DNA of 40,607 nt from a virus (Duplodnaviria; Heunggongvirae; Uroviricota; Caudoviricetes), in IMG/VR virus record IMGVR_UViG_2675903253_000012. One strand, given 5' to 3'. The notes under the pieces were generated by a model, which made no database searches, had not been told where the DNA came from, and worked only from the letters and a program-made list of their open reading frames with translations. Numbering within the stretch: the stretch's first letter is position 1; every line of letters begins with the position of its first letter. Made by a program: the position numbers and the translations under genes. Positions 30,067 to 40,517 of the stretch are shown here, one piece after another.

Positions 30067-31206
30067 ATGGCTGGAAATACCCTGACCGGGTTGATCCCGA
30101 CTATTTATACCGCCCTGGATGTTGTATCCCGTGAGCAGGTAGGTTTTATCCCTGCGGTAGCAAAAAACGCAAAAGCTGACGCCGCAGCAAAAGATCAGAC
30201 GGTAACCGCGCCAGTTGCGCCTGAGGCGAAAACCGAAGATATCGTACCGGGGCCGTCAGCTCCGAATACCGGTGATCAAAATATTGGCACTGTTGATGTA
30301 AAAATTACTAAATCCAAAATGGCACCGGTTAAATGGAATGGTGAAGAACAACTGGCTCTTGGCCCTTCAGGGACTTACAACACCATTCTGGCTGATCAGT
30401 TCAAGCAGGCTTTTCGCGCCCTTGCAAACGAGGTTGAGGCTGATCTTGGTGCGTTGTATTTCGGTGCTTCCCGCGCCGTGGGAACCGCAGGGACAACGCC
30501 GTTTGGTGTTAAAGATGATCTTTCTGATGCTGCTCTGGCTCGTCAGGTTCTGGAGGATAACGGCGCACCGACAACCGATCTGCAGATGGTGCTTGGCTCC
30601 ACTGCCATTGCTAATTTGCGCGGAAAACAGTCTGTATTGTTTAAAGTGAATGAATCCGGCACTGAACAGCTACTGCGTGAGGGCGTGTTGGGGCGTCTGG
30701 AGGGATTCAATATTCACAGTTCGGCAGGTGTGAAACGAGCGCCAAAGGTTGCTGCAACTGGTTATCTCGTGAATGGAGAGAAAAAAGAAGGCGATGTTCT
30801 TATTTCCATTGATACTGGTTCGGGGAGTATTTCTGCAGGTCAGATTGTTACGTTCGCTGGTGATCCGAATCAGTATGTTGTGGCAGCAGCGACCAGCAAT
30901 CTGATTACTCTTGCAGCGCCCGGACTGCGTCAGGATCTGGCCGATGATACTGCCATCACAGTTGTTGGGGCCTTTACTGCAAATATGGCGTTTGATCGCA
31001 ACGCGTTTCTGCTGGCATCCCGTACTCCGGCAATGCCGGAAGGTGGCGATAATGCTGATGATGTAATGAATGTTACGGACCCGATTTCAGGGATTACGTT
31101 CCAGATTGCACTGTATCGTCAGTATCGCCAGGTGCGCTATGAAGTTGGACTGGCATGGGGTGTTTCATCAGTGAAGCCGGCACATGGTTGTCTGATTCTT
31201 GGTTAA
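30067..31206 (+). CDS. Putative major capsid protein
   Basis: Start at MAGNTLTGLIPTIYTALDV with aagga Shine-Dalgarno; follows scaffold gene; followed by a strong terminator. Confidence 0.65.
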   Translation: MAGNTLTGLIPTIYTALDVVSREQVGFIPAVAKNAKADAAAKDQTVTAPVAPEAKTEDIVPGPSAPNTGDQNIGTVDVKITKSKMAPVKWNGEEQLALGPSGTYNTILADQFKQAFRALANEVEADLGALYFGASRAVGTAGTTPFGVKDDLSDAALARQVLEDNGAPTTDLQMVLGSTAIANLRGKQSVLFKVNESGTEQLLREGVLGRLEGFNIHSSAGVKRAPKVAATGYLVNGEKKEGDVLISIDTGSGSISAGQIVTFAGDPNQYVVAAATSNLITLAAPGLRQDLADDTAITVVGAFTANMAFDRNAFLLASRTPAMPEGGDNADDVMNVTDPISGITFQIALYRQYRQVRYEVGLAWGVSSVKPAHGCLILG

Positions 31207-31215
31207 ACATTCAAA

Positions 31216-31236
31216 CGGGGCTTCGGCCCCATTTTT
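31216..31236 (+). terminator. Intrinsic terminator directly after the capsid gene
   Basis: ggggc-ttcg-gcccc followed by attttt. Confidence 0.7.
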
Positions 31237-31248
31237 AATGGGGGGCAT

Positions 31249-31425
31249 ATGGCCGGATTAACTAAAGAGCAAAGAGCACAGCGTGAAGCCGCACAAAAAA
31301 CGCAAATTGAGTTAGTGGTTATGGTGACCGATTATCAGATGTTTCCCGGCGCACCAACTATCGCTAATGTTCATCCTGATGAAGTTGACAACTGGAAGGC
31401 TATGGGCTGGAAAACTCAGGAGTAA
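31249..31425 (+). CDS. Small hypothetical head-module protein (58 aa)
   Basis: Hand translation MAGLTKEQRAQREAAQKTQIELVVMVTDYQMFPGAPTIANVHPDEVDNWKAMGWKTQE*; fills the gap between capsid and connector genes. Confidence 0.4.
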   Translation: MAGLTKEQRAQREAAQKTQIELVVMVTDYQMFPGAPTIANVHPDEVDNWKAMGWKTQE

Positions 31426-31428
31426 CAC

Positions 31429-31824
31429 ATGATCACTTACGTGACCTGTGATGACGTTGATAATGCGTTTGGGAACGCCTGGACGAGTGAGAACGCTAAA
31501 AATAAAGCTGTTTTAATGGCTAATGCCTGGCTTAATGGCTTCAACCTGAAAATTAACCCATCCCGTATTCCGGAAGAGGTAAAACTTGCGGGAGCATATG
31601 CAGCCAGAATTGCCTCATTCGGTAAGTTGTTTCAGCAGAAAAATGATTCTGGCGTTGTTATCAGTAAAGCCGTGTCGGCTGACGGGGTCAGTGTATCGAA
31701 ATCATTTTCTGAGTTGCCAGCAAACAGCACTGCATTGCTTGAACCCGATTTACAGCTTGCGATAGCACTGCTGAAACCGTACGGACTTAGTCGCTCACAA
31801 GTCAGGGTTGTGAGGGGGGGATAA
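31429..31824 (+). CDS. Head-tail connector / head completion protein (putative)
   Basis: 131-aa ORF in the head-tail joining gene block, tightly packed. Confidence 0.5.
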   Translation: MITYVTCDDVDNAFGNAWTSENAKNKAVLMANAWLNGFNLKINPSRIPEEVKLAGAYAARIASFGKLFQQKNDSGVVISKAVSADGVSVSKSFSELPANSTALLEPDLQLAIALLKPYGLSRSQVRVVRGG

Positions 31825-32207
31825 TGGGGCTTCGTGAAGAGATTCAGTCAGAGGTTGCCGCTGCTTTTGATGAGGATTTAGCGGACGCCGTGAGTGATTT
31901 TTCTGGTTCTTACGTTACGCACCGGCACTGGGATCCTGTGACGGAAACTGGCGGCGAATCCACCGCAATCTATACCGGGCGAGGCGTGTTGACACGTTAT
32001 AAGCTGGGCAGAATTGATGGGATTAATATTTTGCATGGTGACCTTAAATTAACCGCTCTGGTATGCGAGGTTACGGATAAACCAGCTGTCGACCATATTA
32101 TTGAGATTTATGATCCTGTATCAAGGCAGTTACAACGATACGAGGTAATTACAGCAAGTGTAGATCCTTCCGCATCAGTTTACTCTATCCAGTTAAGGAG
32201 AGCGTAA
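31824..32207 (+). CDS. Head-tail joining protein (putative)
   Basis: 127-aa ORF with ATGG start overlapping upstream stop; gene order. Confidence 0.5.
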   Translation: MGLREEIQSEVAAAFDEDLADAVSDFSGSYVTHRHWDPVTETGGESTAIYTGRGVLTRYKLGRIDGINILHGDLKLTALVCEVTDKPAVDHIIEIYDPVSRQLQRYEVITASVDPSASVYSIQLRRA

Positions 32208-32588
32208 ATGGCAAAGGCATGGGATATAGAACCGTCAATATTTGCCGGGATGATTGAGGAAGATGTAGGGCTGAAGATTCGCTACATCGCTATGCAGATT
32301 CTTACTGCTATTGATATTGCTGCTCCGGTTGATACCGGACGTTTCAGAAATAACAACCTGGTGTCGTTACAGCATCCCGATTTTGGTATATCTGATAACG
32401 TGGATCCGAACGGTACGATTGCTGTTCAGCGTGGGATCGGGGTTATTTCGAAAGCTGCAAATTACGGGGTTATTTATATCCAGAATAACCTTCCTTATGC
32501 AGAGGCTCTTGAAAACGGTCATTCACAACAAGCGCCAACTGGCGTGTATGCCAACGCTTTTCATGGTGTTTTACAGGCTTACAAATGA
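32208..32588 (+). CDS. Tail component / head-tail adaptor (putative)
   Basis: 126-aa ORF; gene order. Confidence 0.5.
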   Translation: MAKAWDIEPSIFAGMIEEDVGLKIRYIAMQILTAIDIAAPVDTGRFRNNNLVSLQHPDFGISDNVDPNGTIAVQRGIGVISKAANYGVIYIQNNLPYAEALENGHSQQAPTGVYANAFHGVLQAYK

Positions 32589-32977
32589 AGTTTACTGAAA
32601 TCAGAAATACGGTTATTTCCAGAATGACGGCACAGACGATTATTGATGGAAAAGACGTATTGTATCCGAACGGGCCAACGTTCGATCCTTCCGGTAAGTT
32701 AATCTGGGCGCGGTTAAGTAATATTCCCGGGCAGGCTGGAGTTAATGAAATTGGCGCGGGGCCGGTTGTTTATCGCACGGGGATAATCATTATTCAGTTA
32801 TTTGTCCCCGCAGGTTCTGGTTCAAAACTCATTACTGAGACAGCCGATAAATTGCGGGAACTGTTTGAGTTTCAGGATGACGATCGTCTCAGTTACCAGG
32901 CTGTTTCCTCAATAGCCGTTGGCGAAAAGAATGGCTGGTTCCAGCTTAATCTTCAAATTCCATATCGCGCGCTCTAG
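32585..32977 (+). CDS. Tail completion / terminator protein (putative)
   Basis: 130-aa ORF with ATGA overlap; gene order. Confidence 0.5.
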   Translation: MKFTEIRNTVISRMTAQTIIDGKDVLYPNGPTFDPSGKLIWARLSNIPGQAGVNEIGAGPVVYRTGIIIIQLFVPAGSGSKLITETADKLRELFEFQDDDRLSYQAVSSIAVGEKNGWFQLNLQIPYRAL

Positions 32978-33003
32978 CGCAATTAATGACATAGGAGGCT
33001 CCT

Positions 33004-33966
33004 GTGAGTTCAGGTGCAAAGGTTATCTCGGCATTTATCCGGGAGACGGTTGCAGGCACTACGCCAGCAAGTGGTGACTGGAGTTTATTAAAACGCACAA
33101 GCTGGGGAGTAAAACCCACCCAGAATAAAGGCGAAAATAATGAGATTGGTGGCTCCCGGATGGCTCAGGGGGCGACGCCTGGCACTGTGGATGTCGGCGG
33201 TGATGTTGGTACCAAATTTCGCTGGGGTCAACATGATGATTTTCTTGCATCCTGTTTCGGCGCGGAATGGTCAGGCGATTCTCTGACAATGGGGAATGAG
33301 CGAATAACATTTTCTCTGGCGACCTATGCGTCCGATGTCGGAATTGCCTCTGTCGTCAGAGGAGCGCAGGTTGGCTCATGGAAAATGCAGATCCCTAACG
33401 ACGGCGATATTACAGCGACCGTAACCTTTGCCGGACTGGACTGGGAATCAAAGGCCGATGATACGAATTTTATCAAAGGCGAACCTGTGGATAGTGCAGG
33501 AAAGCTACGTTATTCGTTTAAGGAGGTTTCAGCAGTAAGCCTGAATGGTGTTGCCGGAGGTAACGGTTTTTGTATCGACAGTTTTGATATTCAGTTCGAT
33601 AACAAACTCCAGACACAGCGTTGTATCGGGACTGGCTCGCCTTATGCAGGAGCAAATATTCCGACTACTTTTACACCGTCCGGTACGGTGACGCTTTCAT
33701 GGTCTAAAGCCGCGTGGGAAATCTGGAGTAAAACACTGACTGGAGAAACAGTTCCGTTCAGCTTCACGCTTTCGAATGGAGAGGGGGCATACACTTTCAG
33801 TTTCCCGAAGGTTCAGGTGTCAGGTGAATGGCCTGATGGGGGTAATAGCGACATTATCCAGGTTCAATTGAGCATTACCGCAGCAGATGAAGCACCTACG
33901 ATAACCAGAAAAAAAAATTCCCCGGCTGCCGTGATCGCAAAAGCCAGTGCTGAGGCGATTAGTTGA
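33004..33966 (+). CDS. Major tail (tube) protein, putative
   Basis: 320-aa Gly/Thr/Ser-rich beta-type protein directly upstream of the chaperone and tape-measure genes. Confidence 0.6.
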   Translation: MSSGAKVISAFIRETVAGTTPASGDWSLLKRTSWGVKPTQNKGENNEIGGSRMAQGATPGTVDVGGDVGTKFRWGQHDDFLASCFGAEWSGDSLTMGNERITFSLATYASDVGIASVVRGAQVGSWKMQIPNDGDITATVTFAGLDWESKADDTNFIKGEPVDSAGKLRYSFKEVSAVSLNGVAGGNGFCIDSFDIQFDNKLQTQRCIGTGSPYAGANIPTTFTPSGTVTLSWSKAAWEIWSKTLTGETVPFSFTLSNGEGAYTFSFPKVQVSGEWPDGGNSDIIQVQLSITAADEAPTITRKKNSPAAVIAKASAEAIS

Positions 33967-34014
33967 TTTTCCGTTATTCCTCCTGTGGTACTGCCCTACA
34001 GGGGGACGCATTGA

Positions 34015-34476
34015 ATGAGGTTATGGATGTTTATTCTTAATCAGAAAATTATCATTGGTGGAGAACGCTGGTTTACGCCAATGAAGGACTTAAAACCTGT
34101 AGACGGGTTAAAACTGTTGGTGGCAAGCAGCGATAACGATCAGTATCGCTCCCGTAATGCATTAATCCGTCGCCACATTGAGAAAATGGATGCCAGTTTG
34201 CACGTCGGAACGAAGGAGTTTGATATTTCAAAGGTTTCCGAGGTGGATTCTGTTGATGATTTACTCATTGATAATGCCGCTCGTTATCTGCTGAAAGACT
34301 GGAAAGGGGTTGGTGAACTGGTTAATGGTGTTGAGGTTGCACTGGAATATACGGCAGAACGAGGGATCGCGCTGCTTAAGCAGAATCCAGAGTTGTACTG
34401 GCAGATCCTTGCAGAAGCAGCCAGCATCGCCCAGGGTAAAGAGCAGCAGAAGCAGGATACGATAAAAAAGCCATAG
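34015..34476 (+). CDS. Tail assembly chaperone (lambda gpG analogue)
   Basis: 153-aa acidic ORF between major tail and tape-measure genes; ends at a slippery A AAA AAG. Confidence 0.7.
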   Translation: MRLWMFILNQKIIIGGERWFTPMKDLKPVDGLKLLVASSDNDQYRSRNALIRRHIEKMDASLHVGTKEFDISKVSEVDSVDDLLIDNAARYLLKDWKGVGELVNGVEVALEYTAERGIALLKQNPELYWQILAEAASIAQGKEQQKQDTIKKP

Positions 34477-34784
34477 CTGCCCAGCGGTGGTTATCGGAGT
34501 TCGGGGGAGAAAGGGGGGAAAAGGCAAGATGGAAGCGAGAAAAACTCAGGTTGCCACCGATACCGGAACCAGAAATAGACCCGGTGCTTAAGGAGTTGTT
34601 GTACGCCTATTCGGTAATATCCCGTGCCCGACGTTATGCTGGAATGGCTGGGGTGCCTTTGCCTTTATCTCTGACAGAGATAAATGAATATTTAGCCACT
34701 CATCCGGTATTGATTGAGCGCGATGAATTTGAAGCAGTGATCTTTGCACTGGATGACCAGTATTTTCAGGAGCAGTGTGTGTAG
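34015..34784 (+). CDS. Tail assembly chaperone -1 frameshift product (gpGT analogue), predicted shift at 34464-34470
   Basis: Slippery heptamer A AAA AAG at 34464-34470 just before the stop; the -1 frame is open through 34784. Confidence 0.5.
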
Positions 34785-34904
34785 TTGTTAATTACGTACA
34801 CTCTGTTACAGAGATGTGATGGTGTCTTTAATTAAATCGATGATGCTCCTGGAGAAAAGCATTGCGTGGCCTCGTAATCGCTATATCTACTATTATGTCG
34901 CCTG

Positions 34905-34930
34905 AAACCCACTTCGCGGTGGGTTTTTTG
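34905..34930 (+). terminator. Terminator-like hairpin upstream of the tape-measure gene
   Basis: aacccac-ttcgcg-gtgggtt followed by ttttttg. Confidence 0.4.
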
Positions 34931-34949
34931 TTGTCAGGAGTTTTAATAA

Positions 34950-37900
34950 ATGGCAGAGCAAACCTCGCGTCTCGCAATAATTATTGATAGCACTGGAGCG
35001 AAAAATAATGCTGACAATCTGACCTCCTCATTAGTCAAAATGACGCAGGCTGGGGAAACTGCTGCAAATAGCGCAGGGAAAGTGACTAAGGCAACAGAAG
35101 ATGAGAAGAACGCGCTCGCAAAATTAAAAGCAGCTATTGATCCAGTTGGTGCCGCAATTGATACTGTCGGTCGACGCTATTCTGAATTAAAGAAATTTTT
35201 CGATAAAGGGCTTATTGATAAAGAAGAATATGAATTTCTTGTCCGTAAACTTAATGAAACCACAGAGGAATTGAGCGGGGTTGCGCAAGCGCAGAGAGAA
35301 GCCGAGAAGGCCGGAAAACTTGCTGCCGCCCAGCAGGAAGCGCAGGCTCAGGCCTTTCAAAGAATGCTGGACAAGATCGACCCTCTGGCTGCGGCGCTAA
35401 GAAATCTTGAACAACAGCATGATGAACTTAATGCTGCGTTTGCATCCGGGAAAATAAATGGTTCTCAGTTTGAGAATTATAGCCGAAAAATACAGGAAAC
35501 ACGGCGAGAGCTTACCGGAGAGGCTCAGGCAGAGCGAGAAGCAGCAAAAGCGCATGATGAACAGGTTGTTGCTTTGCAACGTCTGATTGCTCAACTTGAT
35601 CCTGTCGGAACTGCTTTTAATCGTCTGGTAGAACAACAGAAACAGCTCAATGAAGCAAAAGCTAAGGGGATGCTTTCTCCTGAAATGTATGAGGAGCTTT
35701 CTGGAAAACTTCGTGCTATGCGGAGTGAGCTTGAGGTTACTCAATCACAATTAAGCAAAACCGGAATGTCGGCAAAACAAACGGCTTTTGCTATGCGCAT
35801 GTTGCCTGTACAAATGACGGATATTGTTGTTGGGTTGTCCACTGGTCAGTCGCCATTTATGGTGTTAATGCAGCAGGGCGGCCAGCTAAAAGATATGTTC
35901 GGTGGGATTGGCCCGGCGATCAAAGGTGTAGGTTCTTATGTGCTGGGATTAATTAATCCTTTTACCCTGGCCGCAGCAGCCGTTGGGGTCTTAGGACTGG
36001 CTTACTATAAAGGCTCTCAGGAGCAGGACGAATTTAATAAATCTCTTATTCTTACCGGAAATCAGTTGGGGACAACCAGCGGGCAATTGGGCGATATAGC
36101 TCAACGTGCCGGGAATGCGGCTGATTCGACAACTGGTGCTGCGGCGGCAGTATTAAATCAGCTTGTGCGTTCGGGAAAGGTAGCGAGCAGTTCGCTGGAG
36201 CAAGTGACGACAGCGATAGTAAAAACGAGCGAAGTAACAGGAATATCAACCGAACAACTGGTTAATGACTTCAATGAAATTGCAAAGGATCCTGTCAGTG
36301 CCATATCAAAACTTAATGATCAGTACCATTTTCTGACACTTGCGACTTATAACCAGATTAAGGCGCTACAGGATGAAGGGAACCAGCAGGAGGCCGCCCG
36401 CATTGCGACAGAAGAATACTCATCCTCAATGATCCAGCGCACCAACCAGATTAAAGAAAATCTTGGTTATCTTGAGACTGCATGGAAAGCTGTCGCAGAC
36501 TCCGCAAAATGGGCATGGGATTCCATGCTGGATATTGGCCGTGAGGCCTCCCTTGATCAAAAAATCTCAGATGTTCTCCGTCAAATTGATGAAATAGAAA
36601 AAAATACCCGACCCGGAGTTTTCGGGTTAGGTGGCATTGGAGATGGCGGAGCTCAAAATAAAAGGCTGGCACGATTAAAGCAGCAATTGGGCGTACTTCA
36701 AGCAGAAAAAATTGCTCAGGACGTACTAAATTCATCAATAAACGATTACAACAAGCGACAACAGGAAGGAATTGAACTCAGACAGAGAGCAGATGCCTTT
36801 TCAAAACAATATCAGACCCGGGAGCAGCAGAGAGCTAGTGAACTTGCAAAACTGGAAAAGCTAAAGAATCAGTATTCAAAGGAAGAATATAATAATCTTA
36901 TCGCTCAAATAAATGAGCGTTATAAAGATCCAAAGCAACCAAAGGCGAAAGGTTATTCTGATGATGCAGCCCAACGAATGATTGATCATCTGAATCAACA
37001 GAATGCGTTACTAAGTTCACAAGCTGAGTTGACCGTTAAATTAAGTTCCTCTGAACAGGAACTGGTTAAGTGGCGTCAGCGGATTGCCGACCTAGAGTCA
37101 CGACCATCATCGAAATTAACCCAGGATCAGAAATCGCTTCTCTTACACCGGGAAGAAATAACCACGTTGATGGAGAAAAATGTTGCGATTGAAAAAAATA
37201 ACAGGCTAATCAAGGAATCCGCCGAAATAACAGCATGGCGTGATTCATTGCAGGCTTCGATTGATAATCGTCAGCAGGGGTATGATATTCAGATTGCTGG
37301 TTATGGGGTTGGCGATAAAAATCAGCAACGCCAGCAGGAATTACTGCGGATTGAACATGGATATAACAATCAGCGTCTGCAACTTGAACGTGACTATGCA
37401 GATAAATCCCGTGGAATGTCAGATCATGTTTTTCAAGAGAAAATGCAGGCTCTGAATGATGCTCTGGAACGGGAAAAAGAAATTGTCAGACAGAAAAACG
37501 AGCAGCTCGATATTCAGGCAGGAGACTGGGTTAGTGGTGCCTCCCAGGGATTCAATAACTGGCTGGATGACACTAAGGATATCAGTGAGCAGATAAAATC
37601 AACCACGACTCAGATGTTTGATGGGATGACCGATGCGCTGGGTGATTTTGTCACGACAGGCAAGGCAAATTTTCGTTCTTTCGCTACTTCCGTGATTTCG
37701 GATCTTAGTCGAATAGCATTAAAGGCTTCAATTACTGGGATTTTCGACAGCATTAGTAACAGTTCTTCTGGGGGGATTTTAGGAACTATCGGGAGTGCTA
37801 TTAGTAAATTTATTCCGAATGCAAAGGGCGGTGTTTATGAGTCTCCGTCATTGAGCACGTATTCGAACGGTATTTATGATTCCCCGCAATTTTTTGCTTT

Positions 37901-38183
37901 TGCAAAAGGGGCTGGTGTTTTTGGTGAGGCTGGACCGGAAGCCATTATGCCATTAACACGAACTTCCGATGGTTCTCTTGGTGTCAGAGCTATTAATAGT
38001 AAAAGTGGTAATGGAGGCGGAGATATTACCTATGCCCCTGTATACCAAATCACTATTCAAAATGACGGCCAGAATGGAGAGATTGGCCCTCAGGCAATAA
38101 AAGCACTTATGGGGATGGTTGATCAGCGGGTGCAGGGCAATCTGTTAAATATGCGACGTGATGGGGGAATGTTAAGTGGCTAA
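34950..38183 (+). CDS. Tail tape measure protein (1077 aa)
   Basis: Very long coiled-coil-rich ORF downstream of chaperone pair; Gly-rich C-terminal region. Confidence 0.9.
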   Translation: MAEQTSRLAIIIDSTGAKNNADNLTSSLVKMTQAGETAANSAGKVTKATEDEKNALAKLKAAIDPVGAAIDTVGRRYSELKKFFDKGLIDKEEYEFLVRKLNETTEELSGVAQAQREAEKAGKLAAAQQEAQAQAFQRMLDKIDPLAAALRNLEQQHDELNAAFASGKINGSQFENYSRKIQETRRELTGEAQAEREAAKAHDEQVVALQRLIAQLDPVGTAFNRLVEQQKQLNEAKAKGMLSPEMYEELSGKLRAMRSELEVTQSQLSKTGMSAKQTAFAMRMLPVQMTDIVVGLSTGQSPFMVLMQQGGQLKDMFGGIGPAIKGVGSYVLGLINPFTLAAAAVGVLGLAYYKGSQEQDEFNKSLILTGNQLGTTSGQLGDIAQRAGNAADSTTGAAAAVLNQLVRSGKVASSSLEQVTTAIVKTSEVTGISTEQLVNDFNEIAKDPVSAISKLNDQYHFLTLATYNQIKALQDEGNQQEAARIATEEYSSSMIQRTNQIKENLGYLETAWKAVADSAKWAWDSMLDIGREASLDQKISDVLRQIDEIEKNTRPGVFGLGGIGDGGAQNKRLARLKQQLGVLQAEKIAQDVLNSSINDYNKRQQEGIELRQRADAFSKQYQTREQQRASELAKLEKLKNQYSKEEYNNLIAQINERYKDPKQPKAKGYSDDAAQRMIDHLNQQNALLSSQAELTVKLSSSEQELVKWRQRIADLESRPSSKLTQDQKSLLLHREEITTLMEKNVAIEKNNRLIKESAEITAWRDSLQASIDNRQQGYDIQIAGYGVGDKNQQRQQELLRIEHGYNNQRLQLERDYADKSRGMSDHVFQEKMQALNDALEREKEIVRQKNEQLDIQAGDWVSGASQGFNNWLDDTKDISEQIKSTTTQMFDGMTDALGDFVTTGKANFRSFATSVISDLSRIALKASITGIFDSISNSSSGGILGTIGSAISKFIPNAKGGVYESPSLSTYSNGIYDSPQFFAFAKGAGVFGEAGPEAIMPLTRTSDGSLGVRAINSKSGNGGGDITYAPVYQITIQNDGQNGEIGPQAIKALMGMVDQRVQGNLLNMRRDGGMLSG

Positions 38184-38514
38184 TACGGAAGAATTTCACT
38201 GGTTACCAGAGGATGGAATGAAAACAGAAAATAAACCATCGATAAAAACTGTAAGATTTGGTGATGGTTATGAGCAACGAAGTCCAAATGGACTTAATCA
38301 TTCTCTGCGCGTTTTCACCTGTGATTTCAAAGTTGAGGCGAATGAACGTGATTCATTTGAAAAATTTTTAGCCCGGCATGAAGGCTATAAATCTTTTTTT
38401 TGGCGCCCGCCGGGTATTAACAGAAAAATCAGAGTGGTGTGTCGAACGTGGTCAGCGACAGAACATATCACCTATACCGATTTTTCGTGTCAGTTTGACG
38501 AAGTGGTGATCTGA
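38176..38514 (+). CDS. Minor tail protein M (lambda gpM-like)
   Basis: [16 protein letters not shown]...[16 protein letters not shown] parallels recalled lambda gpM. Confidence 0.85.
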   Translation: MANTEEFHWLPEDGMKTENKPSIKTVRFGDGYEQRSPNGLNHSLRVFTCDFKVEANERDSFEKFLARHEGYKSFFWRPPGINRKIRVVCRTWSATEHITYTDFSCQFDEVVI

Positions 38515-39212
38515 TGCAGGACATACAACAGGAAACGCTGAATGAATGCATTCGTGCGGAGCAGTCGGCCAGCGTGGTGCTCTGGGAAATCGACCTGACC
38601 GAGGTAGGCGGGGATCGCTACTTTTTCTGCAATGAGCAGAACGAGAAAGGAGAGTCTGTCACCTGGCAGAGTCGGCAGTATCAGGCCTATCCCATTCAGG
38701 GGAGTGGATTTGAGATGAACGGCAAAGGTGCCAGTGCAAGGCCAACGCTGAAAGTCTCTAATCTGCACGGCATGGTCACCGGGATGGCGGAAGACCTGCA
38801 GAGTCTGGTCGGCGGAACGGTGGTCAGGCGTAAGGTTTACGCCCGTTTTCTGGATGCGGTGAACTTCGTCAACGGAAACAGTGACGCCGATCCGGAGCAG
38901 GAGGTGATCAGCCGCTGGCGTATTGAGCAGTGCAGCGAACTGAGCGCGGTCAGTGCCTCCTTTGTACTGTCCACGCCGACGGAAACGGACGGCGCTGTTT
39001 TTCCGGGGCGCATCATGCTTGCTAATACCTGCACCTGGACCTATCGCGGTGATGAGTGCGGTTATCACGGTCCGGCTGTCGCGGATGAATATGACCAGCC
39101 AACGTCCGACATCACGAAGGATAAATGCAGCAAATGCCTGAGTGGCTGTAAGTTTCGCAATAACGTCGGCAACTTTGGCGGCTTCCTTTCCATTAACAAA
39201 CTTTCGCAGTAA
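38514..39212 (+). CDS. Minor tail protein L (lambda gpL-like)
   Basis: 232-aa ORF with C-terminal Cys cluster, gene order M-L-K-I-J. Confidence 0.85.
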   Translation: MQDIQQETLNECIRAEQSASVVLWEIDLTEVGGDRYFFCNEQNEKGESVTWQSRQYQAYPIQGSGFEMNGKGASARPTLKVSNLHGMVTGMAEDLQSLVGGTVVRRKVYARFLDAVNFVNGNSDADPEQEVISRWRIEQCSELSAVSASFVLSTPTETDGAVFPGRIMLANTCTWTYRGDECGYHGPAVADEYDQPTSDITKDKCSKCLSGCKFRNNVGNFGGFLSINKLSQ

Positions 39213-39217
39213 ATCCC

Positions 39218-39912
39218 ATGACAGAGACAGAATCAGCGATTCTGGCGCACGCCCGGCGATGTGCGCCAGCGGAGTCGTGCGGCTTCGTGGTGAGAACACC
39301 GGAGGGGGAAAGATATTTTCCCTGCGTGAATATTTCCGGTGAGCCGGAGGAGTATTTCCGGATGGCTCCGGAGGACTGGCTGCAGGCAGAGATGCAGGGT
39401 GAGATTGTGGCGCTGGTCCACAGCCACCCCGGTGGTCTGCCCTGGCTGAGTGAGGCCGACCGGCGGCTGCAGGTGCAGAGTGATTTGTCGTGGTGGCTGG
39501 TCTGCCGCGGGGCGATTCACAAGTTCCGCTGTGTGCCGCATCTCACCGGGCGGCGCTTTGAGCACGGGGTGACGGACTGTTACACGCTGTTCCGGGANNN
39601 NNNNNNNNNNNNGGTCAGAATCTCTATCTGGATAATCTGGAGGCCACAGGGCTGTATCAGGTGCCGTTGTCAGCGGCGCAGCCGGGCGATGTGCTGCTGT
39701 GCTGTTTTGGTTCATCGGTGCCGAATCATGCCGCCATTTACTGTGGTGACGGCGAGCTGCTGCACCATATTCCTGAACAACTGAGCAAACGAGAGAGGTA
39801 TACCGACAAATGGCAGCGACGCACACACTCCCTCTGGCGTCACCGGGCATGGCACGCATCTGCCTTTACGGGGATTTGCAACGATTTGGCCGCCGCATCG
39901 ACCTTCGTGTGA
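39218..39912 (+). CDS. Tail assembly protein K (lambda gpK-like; JAB/MPN plus NlpC/P60), interrupted by the N-run
   Basis: N-terminal HSHP motif ALVHSHPGG; C-terminal LCCFGSSVPNHAAIY; the 15-nt N-run at 39598-39612 leaves frame and length across the gap uncertain. Confidence 0.7.
39598..39612. other. Assembly gap (15 N)
   Basis: Run of n characters in the sequence. Confidence 1.
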
Positions 39913-40457
39913 AAACGGGGGCCGAAGCCATCCGGGCACTGGCCACACAGCTCCCGGCATTTCGTCAGAAACTGAGCGACGGCTGGTATCAGGTGCGCAT
40001 TGCCGGGCGTGATGCAGGCGAAAATGAATTATCTGCCCGTCTTAATGAACCGCTGGCAAATGGTGCCGTGATCCACATCGTTCCGCGTCTGGCGGGTGCC
40101 AAAAGTGGCGGTGTGTTTCAGGCGGTGCTGGGTGCGGCGCTGATTGCGGTGGCATGGTGGAACCCTGTGGGCTGGCTGGGGGCCGCGGCTGTATCGGGTA
40201 TGTATGCAGCAGGGGCCAGTATGATCCTGGGTGGTGTGGCGCAGATGCTGGCACCGAAAGCCAGGACGCCCACGGCAGCCAGTACAGATAACGGCAAACA
40301 GAACACGTATTTCTCGTCACTGGATAACATGGTTGCCCAGGGTAATGTTCTGCCTGTTCTGTACGGGGAAATGCGCGTGGGGTCACGTGTGGTTTCTCAG
40401 GAGATCAGCACGGCAGACGAAGGGGACGGTGGTCAGGTTGTGGTGATTGGTCGCTGA
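39810..40457 (+). CDS. Tail assembly protein I (lambda gpI-like)
   Basis: MAATHTLPLASPGMARICLYGDLQRFGRRIDLRVKTGAEAIRALATQ... matches recalled lambda gpI; overlaps 3' end of K. Confidence 0.85.
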   Translation: MAATHTLPLASPGMARICLYGDLQRFGRRIDLRVKTGAEAIRALATQLPAFRQKLSDGWYQVRIAGRDAGENELSARLNEPLANGAVIHIVPRLAGAKSGGVFQAVLGAALIAVAWWNPVGWLGAAAVSGMYAAGASMILGGVAQMLAPKARTPTAASTDNGKQNTYFSSLDNMVAQGNVLPVLYGEMRVGSRVVSQEISTADEGDGGQVVVIGR

Positions 40458-40517
40458 TGCAAAATGTTTTATGAGAAACCGCCTGCGGGCGGTTTTGTCG
40501 TTTATGGAGCGTGAGGA

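Noticed and set aside
40042-40386. Minus-strand ORFs (114 and 70 aa) inside gene I
   Set aside because: Antisense to the well-supported lambda gpI-like CDS; Pro/Ala-rich shadow frames of GC-rich coding sequence.
40477-40500. Hairpin aaaccgcc-tgcg-ggcggttt between I and J
   Set aside because: The downstream U-run is interrupted (tttgtcgttt) and it sits inside an operon just before the J Shine-Dalgarno; at most a weak attenuator, not called as a feature.
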